Source: a virus. Taken from it: a DNA stretch of 64,000 nt. The position numbers and the translations under genes are program-made. Shown piece after piece: positions 28,001 to 38,600 of the stretch; within the stretch, counting starts at the first letter, position 1, and every line of letters begins with the position of its first letter. Below the pieces are notes generated by a model that had not been told where the DNA came from, made no database searches, and saw only the letters and a program-made list of their open reading frames with translations. The stretch covers positions 32,001-96,000 of IMG/VR virus record IMGVR_UViG_3300045988_004573. One strand, 5' to 3'.

Positions 28001-28500
28001 CAGTAGATAGCTTCATATTAGATGTTACTACTGACAAGAATAAGGTTAAACCCTTCATACTGAGGTCTACCAAAGAAGAGGTACATTACAGACCTGCCAT
28101 ACTAGTAGATGGACTCTTATATGTTGCCAATGGCAGTGCATTCAACAGAAGCACTTCTGGAGCTATGGAGTATAGGCTTGTCAAAGGCAAGGACAATAAA
28201 AAGGTAAGTTTATCTGATATAGGAGTTCAAGATGACAAATCAAGTACTGCTATTGATGGTGAACCTATTGTTGATATTGACACTATGTCTATTGATAATC
28301 TAGTGGATGAATTAGTTAAGAGTCAAGTTAAGACTGGCACTTTGATGGCTGAGGAAGCAGAAGAGGCTTCTAGAGGTATAAGAAGTAACATCTTACAGAC
28401 TACTAAGGAAGATGCAAGAGAGCAACTGATTGGAGCTTTACTTGAGGAGTATAAGAAACTTGGTGTATCATGTAAGTTAAATGGTGAAAAGATTTGTTAA
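22021..28500 (+). CDS. Giant virion-packaged RNA polymerase of crAss-like phages (two-barrel, DxDxD type)
   Basis: 2159 aa from ATG 22021 (the track start at 21997 is TTG). GFDFDIDKLYFM carries the metal-binding DFDID at nt 26047-26061, around residue 1343. Both the size and the motif position are close to what I recall for the characterised crAss-like virion RNAP. Confidence 0.75.
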   Translation: MSKTTCYTPLKGVDDVIAAQVPSWNSHYVANLRGMYEEAKGKSTTDVNELLAFRRSLNAKDAKALTDAITNPIAAYDQLKEAFSTQERVDRVNMIANTFSDVVDAIQESNPSLSREDIIMGYKDQNGKFQGGPAFIYSEVYKTLKAEMDEYAENGYEEEVEKYRQVFKNWGALVTYANTTLRDTEGLKIGTKLTFADSSTIADYDENTAVESFVAEEAPRESWQEVSESVSPFGSTSILVRRLLGRLSGYTSENEEDYDDLGHLRRLPAVQVHQALMETLRGMQSESDMVAILKQNMDSKPYISSILEEFAKDPILRTQFFVDFSKVFQLYSMQNETRKGGITTYKNSVLNILSRKSAYKRYSAALATRTLKADNAVFRYEDEGTLVNEARAKQLADFIEKYLGTDQDIFNKFNEQGFSNQDRIDFYKAVLPVLGINLTESDYDVLVKDNKRVMSLNRTLKDLPTILRKAKDGMKFQDLIDLKIGQGASEGYLKEKIGKIFQVTESLDSSKKVLSRVRFQDNTYYSDIQSSYLGRFRDTIDALARKGNKAKLQSYLDEHFLRNDFFRSSDGKIYNKWLQDLYYSNLQDQKSFANMFTYKKFLGDDNQKFEDFTGKKQAITLINEYFAESKDYAWYPVFILGDSGASKWIRAKRYSSDQIVTGLYNVYLQEKIFQREIKELKEGLKRDGKSLGSLAKIDETKFGLLPFLNEKKYSDMIDMTNIEQSVKAAIKAHLRDAFNEYMVKLNRAGVLGKTQKGDYKYLSKLTKFTTKDKQKLTGDEAVRANLMDYFYNSKFATVMQMQLMTVNPIFYKNGDSTDAQKRYKEIHASGNRVSVEAVNPFTGERFSNRDYQTTVYFDDVEVNPEDTNPEFMEVIAKVYGKDSDVYKTYRDKTSFTDGQGYRTLKSYRAVMGMAGKWNKKCEDAYNEIESIRADIRSQGGEITDEQAQRIASLMVTFQPIKPFTYTLERWTLGNSVFQIPVQMKYAETVMIPELMQKGSKLRDMLEWAEQKDVDVIAATTAVKVGSFGAVNVKDATNKDELNASLDNAIVHNLSYNDYVIQNNIPEHIQGSQLFATQSRKLIFAGLQQVDANGNTMYYDHYTDGNRVNLGNGMVRLNAYNLNRFYISLIAANILEDFEEFSSTIKNPEKVRQALVQMTVNNSRETRDNLRGYGKGLEHDFLLALFEGGIEHDTAALLLSMFKKQVNKQKINGGSAVQVSAFGITGYTEDNNLRFIKDPNNDANILYAECELPWDLSYTDSNGNKVELQFSDWCNADGTLKIGKNGVSLLETKFPGITSFIAYRIPTEDKYSMLNLRVKRFTQKVNGGGTIKVPAQGTTIAGFDFDIDKLYFMRREYKVKKSDKDGELGSQIIKALFGESEHTDVADVFDIHDFEEFDYSKPAWDKSQSRVARNNMLITLMQKRLEDPQTIKDRTTPGGFTHASAAAKYIRTLMGIDNLNYDYSDPWTMVVYNQQNQVAGKLIGIFANQNTNNAIASLMKEFSLVQPIAFGNHPNGLSNLLNPNALTKELLAASVDAVKDPVLNFLNLNTITADSAGMLCRLGYSFEEIGLLMNQPIIRELCDYCMDSNMSDIDTAIDNLLQDYGARGDYADIPSSRLTVDVLAKNITDFRDNPDIMNNSNYVFNQAQVLELFRSIYATAKEVGAFVTNTKFTASNAVKSTFGGMYAQQDRVIRYVNNLKTSKNPRLSIIVSDFVDSPITLGLNIGNVEEYIAQILNNPFGYEQVMYDANVQAVKELGKYYPYGNSTYTNIRSFMTDLTKSGLDEATIDQIHEYMLRYMIGLDEHSKFNPEYPINLDNGETVRAEDYYTKYVPLKVSNLLRANKELKSLPIFSLLTFEEGSDGNVQMKIADSGALTPTQKDEVRDSWEVLLTNPELSQVAKDLYMYSYYQSGFGFGVIGFNHLAPLELKLQLDLNGETSYTSFLDNVLDNNIPVDEVKFAQMFLNTHRDNNRLVYEPKSKQYNYIKSYVYQNGMPVDSFILDVTTDKNKVKPFILRSTKEEVHYRPAILVDGLLYVANGSAFNRSTSGAMEYRLVKGKDNKKVSLSDIGVQDDKSSTAIDGEPIVDIDTMSIDNLVDELVKSQVKTGTLMAEEAEEASRGIRSNILQTTKEDAREQLIGALLEEYKKLGVSCKLNGEKIC

Positions 28501-28502
28501 GT

Positions 28503-31500
28503 ATGGCAGAGAGTTGTGTATTTAAGCCAACTGTCAGAAACAAAGAAGGTAAGGAAGTGAATAGTAGGTTGTTTGACAACCTACTTCACTTCTCTTCCAA
28601 TGACAGGGAGTTTGCTAAAAAGTATTATTTCATAGGTACTAATGATGAGTTCCTAAGAACCAATGCTAGGCATGTAGAGTATGATGAGAATGGTGAGATT
28701 ACATTCAAGTCACTTAAGAACCTAGTATCACTGGATATATCTTCTGAGAAGATTATTGACCAGTTAAACAAAGACATAAGCTCTGGAGAGCATGAGTATG
28801 GAGAAGCAGTATCACTGATGACTAGCTTCAACAATAATAGCCCATATAACGATGAGTATATGGCTACTATAAGTACAGTTGAGGGAGGTAAGGCAAATCT
28901 ACAGGTTGTTAGAAAGACTACAGCTAATCAGACAGCTCTTGAAGAGACATTGACTAACAAAAGCTTGTTTGATAGAATAAAGCAAGCTGTTGAAAGAGTA
29001 GGAGGAAGTATAGACTTTATAGATGAAAGCTATAGCAAGTATGATACTATCAATGCTAAGAAAGCAGAGTCTGGTCTATATAATGTGATATTCCTCTCAA
29101 AGAAAGGCAATCTTACTGCTGATATGGCAGAAGAGGCAGGTCACTTTGCTGTAGGGGCATTAGGTAATAACCCCCTAGTAAAGAGATTGGAAGCACTTTG
29201 TACTCCAGAAGTACAAGAGGGAATACTAGGTGAGCATTACAGAGATGTGCAGGGAAGAAAGAACCCTAGGAGAGAGACTGCTGGTTTCCTAGTTGGTCAA
29301 TATATAATGAATGAGGTAGACCAAGAGTCTACACTTAGCAGACTTGCAGGAAGAATAGTAAATCTAGCTAAGAGAATGTTCTACAGACTCACTCTAGATG
29401 ATGTAGGTAGAATGAGAGAAGAGGCTAAGGCTATAGCTAAGAATATAGCTAGGGGATTTATGTCTGGTGATAATGCTGGTAGTATTGAGAATGCTTTAGA
29501 GAATAGGGAAGTCCTGTATTCATCTGTAGATTCTGTACCAGTTAGTTCCTTCAAGGATGTTATTCAGCAGCTAAACTTACTAGCTTCTGAAATGTCAGCA
29601 GTAGATAAGACATTATATAGGAAGTGGAAGGATATTGAAGCTAATACTGCTATAGGCAGGTTATTTGAAAACCCCTCATTCTTTGCTGATATGGCTGCTA
29701 TAGATGGCTTATCTGTAGCACTAACACAGCTAGCAGATAGTGTTCCTGAAATGATTGACATGTTGGACTCTGTTAACTATAATCCTGATGAAGTTCCTGC
29801 TAATGCTAAGAAGCTGAGACAAGTAAGCCTATTTGTTCAGGAGTCCATTGCTATCATGGGTATTATAGATAATATGCTTACCAGTGATGAGGTACAGTTG
29901 AAGGAGGATGCCAGAGATGCTCTTGATAAAGCATATAAGAACTTAAGCTCTCTTATTAAGGGAGCAGATAAGCTAGAGGTAAACCTACTAAAGAAAGAGA
30001 GGAAGCTATATCTATCCTTCTTAAAAGATATGTATGGGGGTGAGTATGTTGAAAGGGCAGCTAGAGTTGTCTTTAACTTTAACAAGAGAAAGCTTGAAAG
30101 AGTAGCTGAGAGTAGGGAATATCTATCAAAAGCTATGGAATCTCTTGATAGAGATGATAACTTTATGAATAGATACATAGCATCTATGGCTAACAGTAGT
30201 GATATAATCAACCAGTTAGCTTATAAAACCAAAGCTTCTGCCAACAAGTTTGCTGATGACAATACTATTAAAGCGTGGAATGACATAAGAGCTTTGGAAC
30301 AGAGAGTCAAGAAGGCTAAGGTTGATACAAGGAGGCTGTTAGAAGTATCTGCTAGAGATGGTAAGCTGACTGGTAACTATATATCCAAGTATAATTGGGG
30401 TGATTGGGAGAATGACTGGTATGAGTTTAAGAACAAGTGTAAGGAAGATTTCCTCAGTGACCCATCTATTGAGAGTAAGACTCAGATAGAAAGGGAATAC
30501 TTATGGGATGTCTACTTTAGACCTCTAGCTAAGGACTGGCATAAATCCCACTCCACATATGACCAAACCACTCAAAGACCTATGCCTAATGATGGCTATA
30601 GAAACCATAACTATGATAGATTGACAGATACTGAGAAGGCAGCTCTAGATGACATATTGGAGTTGAAGGGGAGTCTTGATGACCTCCTAATCTATCAGTC
30701 TTATAATGGTGAAATGGTTGAAGCAGCTCATACTCATCTTTATAGAATGCCTCAGTTCAGAGGAAGTACTCAGAATAGAATTGAGAACTTAAAGATGACT
30801 AACCCTCTAGGTAAAGCTGTAAGTGGTGCTATAAGGCAAAACTTAATCAATACTTTTACTATTACCAGTGAAGATAGAGACTATGGTAGTGCTATGACAC
30901 ATAATACTATAGATGAGGATGTATTCTCAGATAGGCTTGACTTCGAGAAGGAGAAAGTGAAGAGAGTTCCTTTATATGGTATAAACAAGCTGAAAGATAT
31001 GTCAGAGTTAAGCACTGATATATTCAATGGTTTGTTACAGTATGCAGCTATGGCTAATACTTATGTAGCTACATCCAGTGTAGTAGATATATTGGAGACA
31101 GGTAGGGATGTATTAGCTAATAGAAGAGTGAAAGGTCTAAAGAGAGAAGTAGAGAGGGATAAGAAGTCAAGAGTATTTGGAAGATATTGTGACTTTCTTG
31201 ATGCTCAGGTATATAACCTATATGCAAATAGCAGGTTGAAGTTTGGTCAAATAGCTCTTACTAAGGTGATAGGCTTCTTTGGAGGTTTGGCATCTAAGGT
31301 GTTCTTGGGTGGTAATGTCGCTGGTGGTATGGTCAATGTTATGACTGGCTTTAATGAAATCACTAAGGAAGCTATAGCAGGAGAAGTATATACATTAGCT
31401 GACCTTACTAAGGCTAATGCCCTTTACTTTAAGTACTTACCAGAGAACTGGTTAGAGGCAGGTATGGGTGTGAAGAACAATAAAGTGTCACTCTTTATGA

Positions 31501-32609
31501 AGAGGTTCAATGTTCAGAACAACCTAGATACTGAGACTAGAAACTGGAGTACTAGAGAAAGCAGACTCACTAGGCTTAACCCATTTGGTAATAACCTAAT
31601 GTTGCCCTATAAGAGTGGAGACCATTATATGCAGTCTATGTCCTACTTGGCAGCAGCTAACCATTATAAGTTCTTAGACACTAATGGAGAGACTATATCA
31701 CTATGGGATGCCCTAGAAGTGAAGAACATAGATGATAGTAACCCTAAAGCTGGTAGGACATTAGAGCTTAAAGAAGGAGTACTATATATAGACCCTGAAA
31801 CTAACCAGACTAGAGAATGGAATCTTGATGATGAGGTTAAATTCCAGAACCTATGTAGAGAGACCAACAATAGAATGCACGGTATCTATAACAGAATGGA
31901 TAAGACAGCCTTCCATAACACTTGGTATGGTCAAGCTGCTTTAGCCATGAGAGGTTATGCACTTGGTCTATTATATAGAAGATTCTCTTCTAACCACTAC
32001 AGTGTGTCTTTAGGTAGAGAGTCCGAGGGAAGCTTAGTTACAGCATCAAAGGTATTTGTCAATATGTTTGGAGGTACTAAGAACTTCATTCCATCCCTCA
32101 GAGCATTGCTATGCCCCTTTGGTGATAGTGTAAAGAACTCATTACTTGAGATGGGCTTCTCAGTGGAGCAGTATAGGAATATGAGAAGAAACTGGGCTGA
32201 CTTTGCTCTTATAGGTATGTTATGGGTACTCAAAGCACTCACAGCTAAGTCTGAGGATGACGATGATGATGACGATGATACAACATCAGGACTCATATAT
32301 TACTTTGCAAGTAGGTTGTACATGGAACAGAATGCCTACAATACTCCTTGGGGTATATGGCAGGAGCAAAAGAGTGTGTTAGACTGGATGCCTAGTGGTG
32401 TATCAGTAGCAGGTCAAATACTTGATATAAGTAGACTTATGATTACTCAAGAGGAGTATAAGACTAGTTCAGCTACCCATGAGAAAGGAGATAAGAAGTG
32501 GGAATATAAGATTGGCTCATATATACCTTACTACAGGAGTACAAGGGTATTAGAGCATCCTTATGAAGCAGCTAAGTCATATGAATATGGTAGAGCTACT
32601 TATAAGTAA
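28503..32609 (+). CDS. Large virion-associated protein co-transcribed with the RNAP, possibly an ejected or cargo protein
   Basis: 1368 aa from ATG 28503 (the track start at 28494 is TTG). Coiled-coil-rich, with a glycine-zipper-like hydrophobic segment (VIGFFGGLASKVFLGGNVAGGMVNVMTGF) and a poly-Asp run at nt 32256-32279. Confidence 0.7.
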   Translation: MAESCVFKPTVRNKEGKEVNSRLFDNLLHFSSNDREFAKKYYFIGTNDEFLRTNARHVEYDENGEITFKSLKNLVSLDISSEKIIDQLNKDISSGEHEYGEAVSLMTSFNNNSPYNDEYMATISTVEGGKANLQVVRKTTANQTALEETLTNKSLFDRIKQAVERVGGSIDFIDESYSKYDTINAKKAESGLYNVIFLSKKGNLTADMAEEAGHFAVGALGNNPLVKRLEALCTPEVQEGILGEHYRDVQGRKNPRRETAGFLVGQYIMNEVDQESTLSRLAGRIVNLAKRMFYRLTLDDVGRMREEAKAIAKNIARGFMSGDNAGSIENALENREVLYSSVDSVPVSSFKDVIQQLNLLASEMSAVDKTLYRKWKDIEANTAIGRLFENPSFFADMAAIDGLSVALTQLADSVPEMIDMLDSVNYNPDEVPANAKKLRQVSLFVQESIAIMGIIDNMLTSDEVQLKEDARDALDKAYKNLSSLIKGADKLEVNLLKKERKLYLSFLKDMYGGEYVERAARVVFNFNKRKLERVAESREYLSKAMESLDRDDNFMNRYIASMANSSDIINQLAYKTKASANKFADDNTIKAWNDIRALEQRVKKAKVDTRRLLEVSARDGKLTGNYISKYNWGDWENDWYEFKNKCKEDFLSDPSIESKTQIEREYLWDVYFRPLAKDWHKSHSTYDQTTQRPMPNDGYRNHNYDRLTDTEKAALDDILELKGSLDDLLIYQSYNGEMVEAAHTHLYRMPQFRGSTQNRIENLKMTNPLGKAVSGAIRQNLINTFTITSEDRDYGSAMTHNTIDEDVFSDRLDFEKEKVKRVPLYGINKLKDMSELSTDIFNGLLQYAAMANTYVATSSVVDILETGRDVLANRRVKGLKREVERDKKSRVFGRYCDFLDAQVYNLYANSRLKFGQIALTKVIGFFGGLASKVFLGGNVAGGMVNVMTGFNEITKEAIAGEVYTLADLTKANALYFKYLPENWLEAGMGVKNNKVSLFMKRFNVQNNLDTETRNWSTRESRLTRLNPFGNNLMLPYKSGDHYMQSMSYLAAANHYKFLDTNGETISLWDALEVKNIDDSNPKAGRTLELKEGVLYIDPETNQTREWNLDDEVKFQNLCRETNNRMHGIYNRMDKTAFHNTWYGQAALAMRGYALGLLYRRFSSNHYSVSLGRESEGSLVTASKVFVNMFGGTKNFIPSLRALLCPFGDSVKNSLLEMGFSVEQYRNMRRNWADFALIGMLWVLKALTAKSEDDDDDDDDTTSGLIYYFASRLYMEQNAYNTPWGIWQEQKSVLDWMPSGVSVAGQILDISRLMITQEEYKTSSATHEKGDKKWEYKIGSYIPYYRSTRVLEHPYEAAKSYEYGRATYK

Positions 32610-32625
32610 TCCCTATAAAACAGTA

Positions 32626-32662
32626 AAGGCAAGAGAGGTTATCCTCCCTTGCCTTTTTTTTT
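32626..32662. terminator. Bidirectional rho-independent terminator between the convergent gene blocks
   Basis: AAGGCAAGAGAGG (32626-38) pairs with CCTCCCTTGCCTT (32643-55), giving 13 bp with one mismatch and loop TTAT. T9 follows on the + strand, and a T-rich tract follows on the - strand. Confidence 0.75.
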
Positions 32663-35600
32663 ATCCTAAGCAGTCAAGCTCATGTTGCTTCTCCTGTTTA
32701 GTCCAACTATTGAAGAACTCTTCAATGTCTATTGTCTCACTATACTTAGTTCTAAGTGCTTCCTGCTGTTCAGGTGATAAACTACTAAAGCTTATACCTG
32801 TTGGGTTACTTTCAACCTTTATAGGTTTAGCTCCAGCTTTCCTAACTATAGGCTTTCTCTTAGTTCTAACCTTACCTACAGTAAGCTCACCATCTCTCTT
32901 TACTTGAGGCTCTGGCTTAGTTTCTGCACTTTCAACCTTACTCTCTGTAGGAGTAATCTCTCCTATCAGTGCTTTCTCAGACGCAGACAACTTATCATAC
33001 TGTATTGATATAGGGGATTCAGGTATCTGTCCTACTTCTCCTAGAACAGGGTTAGCCTGCTTATACTCCTTATCATTTAACAGTAGTTGATTACCTTTGG
33101 CTACTGAGTAGGTATTATTGTCGTTAGGTGCAGGATATTCTACATGTATAGGTATGATATTTAATGACTTAACCTTAATACCATACTTGCCTTCCAAGAA
33201 CTGCTTATATAGTGATAGCTGTCTTGAGTATTTAGCTGCTTTTTCCTCACTTATATTCTTAGCTCTGTGGGTCTTCATATCAAAGATATAGAAGTTACCC
33301 TCCCTATCATAAGCTAGTAAGTCAAGTGTTCCAGCAACTGCTATCTCATGTACTCCACCATTACTGTCAGTAACCTGTAGAGTACCTGTAGCTACTATAT
33401 CTCTAGGTATAACTGTCAATCCCTGAGCATCAAGGTAATTCTTGAACTTCTGTAACTGTTCAGCAAACCTATTAAGAGCCTCTTTAGAAGTATTAGGATA
33501 AGTCATCTCTACTGACCTACCATCTTTTAACCAACCTTCTGGACTAGAAGTGATAAGTCCATTAAAGAAATCCCTTACAAACTCATCAATACCAGTACCT
33601 ATGTTGGTAGATGGTGTAACCCAAGGACTATTAGGGTCAAATCTTTCACCAGCCTGCTCATCAGCTTGTATGATTGAAGTAACTCTGGCATATGTTTTAC
33701 CTGTCCTTGTATTAACATAGGTAAGACCATCTTCTGATAGTTGTATCTCCCTAGAATCTGCTTCTATCCTTTCACTAACTTTTTGAGCCTCTTCCATAGC
33801 AGTAGTAATTTCATTCCTAACTTCTTTACCTTGCTCAGTGAGACCAGTGTCAGTATCTACCTTTTCACCTGATTGAGTAGTAGCTGTTCCTGTATCTTGA
33901 CTACTAGTAGGAGTAGAGTTATCTGCATTAACTACTGTAGGAGTAGGATTAGCAGGTACAGGCTCTCTTAGGGCTACTGGGCTTGATACCTCAACCCCAC
34001 TAATAACTCTTTCAAGTCTGTCAATTCCTACTCTTAAGATGTTGTCATATATAAGGTTAGTTACATTTTCCTCCTTATAGTGCTTAGTATTAGGAGTATA
34101 GTAGCTGGGGTCTTTATCAACTTGCCAGTTAACACCTTGTCTGAAAGAACCACTAGGCATAAGCAGATTAGATAGTATTACTGCCATATTTTCAGCAGTT
34201 ACTTCTTTCTCTGTTACACTATTTACTATTCTTCCTAAGTTCTCATCACCCAAGTATAGGTCTAATCCAAGACTACCATCTACATTAGCAGGTCTTATAG
34301 AGTACTCAGCACTTGTTGAGTATATATGTCTCCTCAACATATTGTTGATTCCCTCTATTATAGATAGAGCCTTACTTTCACCAGTGAAGTTAGTACCATC
34401 AGAAGTTAGTTCTGTTAGGTCATTATTCTTAACAAGACTGTTAAGTACTCTTATGAAGTCTCTAGTTCTGCTGTTAAAGTAAACTATATCAGTAGCATTA
34501 CCTGTTGATAGTACCTCTGCAAGTGACTTTCCATTTCTAGGGCTGGTAGTCTCATCCAGAGTCTTAGTCAAGACTGGTATCTCAGATACAGACTCATCTC
34601 CTTTCATAGTAGGCAACCTATAGTATAGTGTAGGTTTACCAGCCTTATCCTTTTTAGCAAAGAGTCTACTTGCAACCTTTCTAACATACTTGTTATATGC
34701 TGCATTCCTTCTTATAGGGTCTTGAGTAGTGTCCTCAATTATAGCTCTGTCTTCTGGAGAGAGGTCTTCACTTATAAGTGAAGCAAAGTCTCTGTCAGTT
34801 TCTCTTGATGTACTTATATTAAGAGGAGGACTAGCCACTATTACACTTGAAGTTACTTTTCTGTTACCTGCTGATATAATCTTGTTAGGTTGCTCAATAG
34901 CAAGTTGTCTTATCTGCCCTGCTCTGCTATCTAGTTCAGTTCTTGGCAGTACTCCAATAGGTTGGTATCTCTTATTGCCAATCACAATAGGACCATCACC
35001 ATCCTCAACTATAGCTAGTACTGGTAGATGTTGCTCATCAGTATAAGCAGTAGAGCTGTTCTTCATACTCTCCTTGACTCCTGTAGTTATATCATCAAGA
35101 GCAGCATAGAATACTACTGACCTATTTCCTGACTTTCTACTAAGCTTACCACTTCTAAGATATTCATCAACTTTCCACTCCCTGAACTTCCTACTTAAGA
35201 AACCACTAAGATTGCTGTTTATTCTAGCTAATGATATGGTAGGCTTCTGCTGTGGAACTTCTGTAGGTGAAGTAACCTTTTCAGCTTCTTTCTTCTCTAC
35301 TTTAATAGCATGACTCGCTTGTTGCAGTAGAGAACCAGACCTCTCATTTATATCACCCCCCTGAGTGGCACTACCTAATAACTTTACTGCTTCTTTAGCT
35401 ATAGCCTCCTGTAGTTCTTCTGTAGAGTTATAGTGTTTACTTCCCAGTTTGTTTATTGCACTTATAGCAGCTTGCTTAGCATCCTCATCATATATAGCAC
35501 TGGCATTCCTAACTGCATTTATAGCTTGCTCTGCTGCTGTAAGTACTTCTCCATCATTATTATTGATGAAATCATCTGATAGTACAGTAACTCCTTCACC

Positions 35601-38600
35601 CTCAGTTTCACTAGGTTGAGTAGGTGTAGTAACAGTTTCAGGAGCTTTCTCAGCTTCCTTCTCAGCAGCTATCTGCTTACCAGACTCTTCAAGATTTGAA
35701 GTAGCATCATCAGATGCAAATATACCTGTCAGAGGTGCTGGTTTATCAGCAGCTACTGGTTTCTCCTCAGCTTCTCTTGTAACTTCCTCTCTTACTTCCT
35801 CATTCTTCTTGTAACTTTCCAAAGCTCTCTTATATGAGTCTACCACAGTTCCTATATTCTCCAAAGAGATTTTCATATTGTCTGGTAGCTTCTGGTTGAG
35901 TGCTTCAATCCAAGTTACTAAGTTTGATTTGCCACTCTCATCTGCTGATGTTAAAGCAGCTACAGCATTATCATAGTTGCTTATATCTACATTCTTTCTA
36001 GCTAAGAACTTAGTCATTGCAGCTACTAAGTCCTTATCTTGCTCTGAAATATCACTGAAAGCATCATTCTTGAGTAACTGATTGTATATTCCCTCAGTAA
36101 CCTCATCATCTTTCTTGTATCTCTGATATAGGGGATTATCCTTTAGAGTTTGGTCAAGCACTACTGCCTCATAATCATCAGCTTCAAACAGAGCATTATC
36201 TACAGCTTCTGCAAATGCAGAGTAGTCCTGTATCTCATTGAGCTTCTTATAGGACTTCTCAGCACCCTCAAGCCTCTTAGTCAGCCTCAACCTATTCTCT
36301 ATATTAGATAGTATGTTTGGGTTCTTAAGAGCTGCATTGTACTGACCTAAGAATGTCATCTGAGCATCATTTATTCTAGCAGCATCCTCTACTTTATTCA
36401 TAAAGTCAGATGTAGCTGCTGTACCTTTCTCTACTAGTCTTGCAATAACATCCTGCTGCTCTTGACTATACTTTCCCCTATTCTTTGGGTTAAGCATTCT
36501 ATATCTATCAACAGGACTAAGTGACATAATATCTGACTCACTCAATACAGGTGTAGTTCCTTCTTCAAGTCCCTTAGATACTCTCTTGTAAGCTGCCATA
36601 GCTTTCTTCTTACTGTCTTGAAGGGTCTTTAGTTGCTTATTGAGGACAGACAGCTTACTCTTTTGTTCATCTGATAGTATTGACTTATTCTTCTCTAAGT
36701 TACTTATCTTAGTCTGGTAAGCCTCAATATCCTTATCAAATGCAGTAGGTTCTGATATAGAGCCATGTCTAGCTATATACTTCTTCTGCTCATCTGTCAA
36801 TGTAGAAGCAATACCTCCACCATAGCCAGAGAGTAATTCATTTTCAAGCTGAGTAGCTCTTTCTCTCCAGTCATCCATACTAAGTTTGCCATATATAAGA
36901 GCTTCCTTAGTCTCTTGTGGAATACTATTACCTAAGCTCTTCTCAAGGTCAGCAGTAGCTACTTGAACTTTCTGCATAACATCAAGCATACTCTGAGCAT
37001 CTTTCTTGATGTCTTCAAGAGGTCTATCATCATATTGGGCTATCTGCTGAGCCATCTCATCACCCTCCTGAGCATTAAGTATATCCATATACCTTTGCAT
37101 ATAAGCATCATATAATGGAGTACCCTTCAATTGCTCAAGCATGAAGTAGTCCTGTACTTGCTTACCTAGTCTACTATTTCTATAGCTAAACTCATCACCC
37201 TCATCAGAAGCCTGTTGCATACTTCTAGCCCATCCTAATGAACCTCTTAAAGAAGTAAGCCTCTCTCTGTTATTGCCTTGAGCTAGCCACTCATTGAGTG
37301 CCTTAGCTGACTCTCTTCTATCCTGATTCTCCTGCTTGTCATTATAATAACTCTCTATGAATGGGTTTCTCCAAAGGTTTCTAGCTACAGCACCTACCTT
37401 GCCTAGAGTACTCTTACCTTCTAATGATACCCTATCACCTTTAGATAGCAAAGCATTGACATTAGGAGTACCCATAGCTTGACCTAATGCACCATATATA
37501 CCAGATTGAATAGCATCTTTACTTATAGCTTTCCTACCTGCTGCTGCAAAGGCTGCACCTAGGTTATCAGACATACTATCTACTATGGCATCATCTGCTA
37601 CACCATCATATCTTTGTGCTATATAATTAGCTAAGTCATTCTCAGCAGCACCTCTAGAGAAAGCATCAGATACATCTTGGCTATACTCTTCAAGACCTTC
37701 ACCAATCATTTCTTTAGCCATATTCCAAGCCATTTGCTTCTTGGTGAGTTCTCTAGCTACTACATTACCAGCATCATCAAGAGAATATCTATTTCCTGCA
37801 AATAGCTTTCCTACCTTACTTCTACTAAGTGCCTCTCTTGTCTTACCATTAAACATAGTAGCCTTTAGAGTCATATTAGCAGTTCCATTGATAAAGGAGT
37901 TAATAGTAAAGTTAGTTAAGGCTGCTTTATCTGCATCCTCTTCTGCTCTCTTTAGAGCATCCTCATACATTGGTTGGAACTCATCCCATACCTGTTGTCT
38001 TATTCTTTGATAAGCACCCTTGGCATCTCTTGAGTAGACTCCTTCACCAGTTCTTGATAATGGAGTAACATCCAGCCAGTGTTGGAATCTCTTCTGAACC
38101 TCTTCCTCCATTCTCTTGACTTGCTCCTCTCCTATCATCTTCTTAGCATCCTCAAGATAGTCCTGCTTTGTATTAAGAGCATTCAAAGCACCTTCACCCT
38201 GACCTACCAGTGCAGGAACTACATAAGCATTATATCTTCTTTGCCAAGTATTTATGCCTTGTAGAGCTTTATTGACATTACTAGCAGTCTCTGCTGTAGC
38301 AGCTAACTTACTACCCATAGTAGCATACTTCATAGTATTGAAGACCCTATTACCTATAGCAGTAAGACCATAACCTTCAAGCATTGAAGCAACTGTGAAG
38401 CCAGACTGCTGCATAAGCTCTGGGATAGTATTTACACTAAAGATATTATCCCATAGGTTCTCCTGTTCCTCAGTAGTTCTTATGACTTCAAGTCTGTTAT
38501 ATGCCTTCTCTGGGTCACCCTCTGTAAACATAGTTCCTTGCTTCATCACTTGGTCTCCATATCTAATCCAAGAATTATCTATGAACTGAGACCACAGGTT

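Noticed and set aside
32256-32279. GAT/GAC run that looks like a DNA microsatellite
   Set aside because: It is in frame and encodes eight consecutive Asp residues in the 1368-aa protein. It is a low-complexity coding sequence, not a repeat element.
32563-32907. 114-aa + strand ORF spanning the convergence point
   Set aside because: It would have to read through the strong bidirectional terminator hairpin, and it overlaps the 3' ends of two well-supported giant genes.
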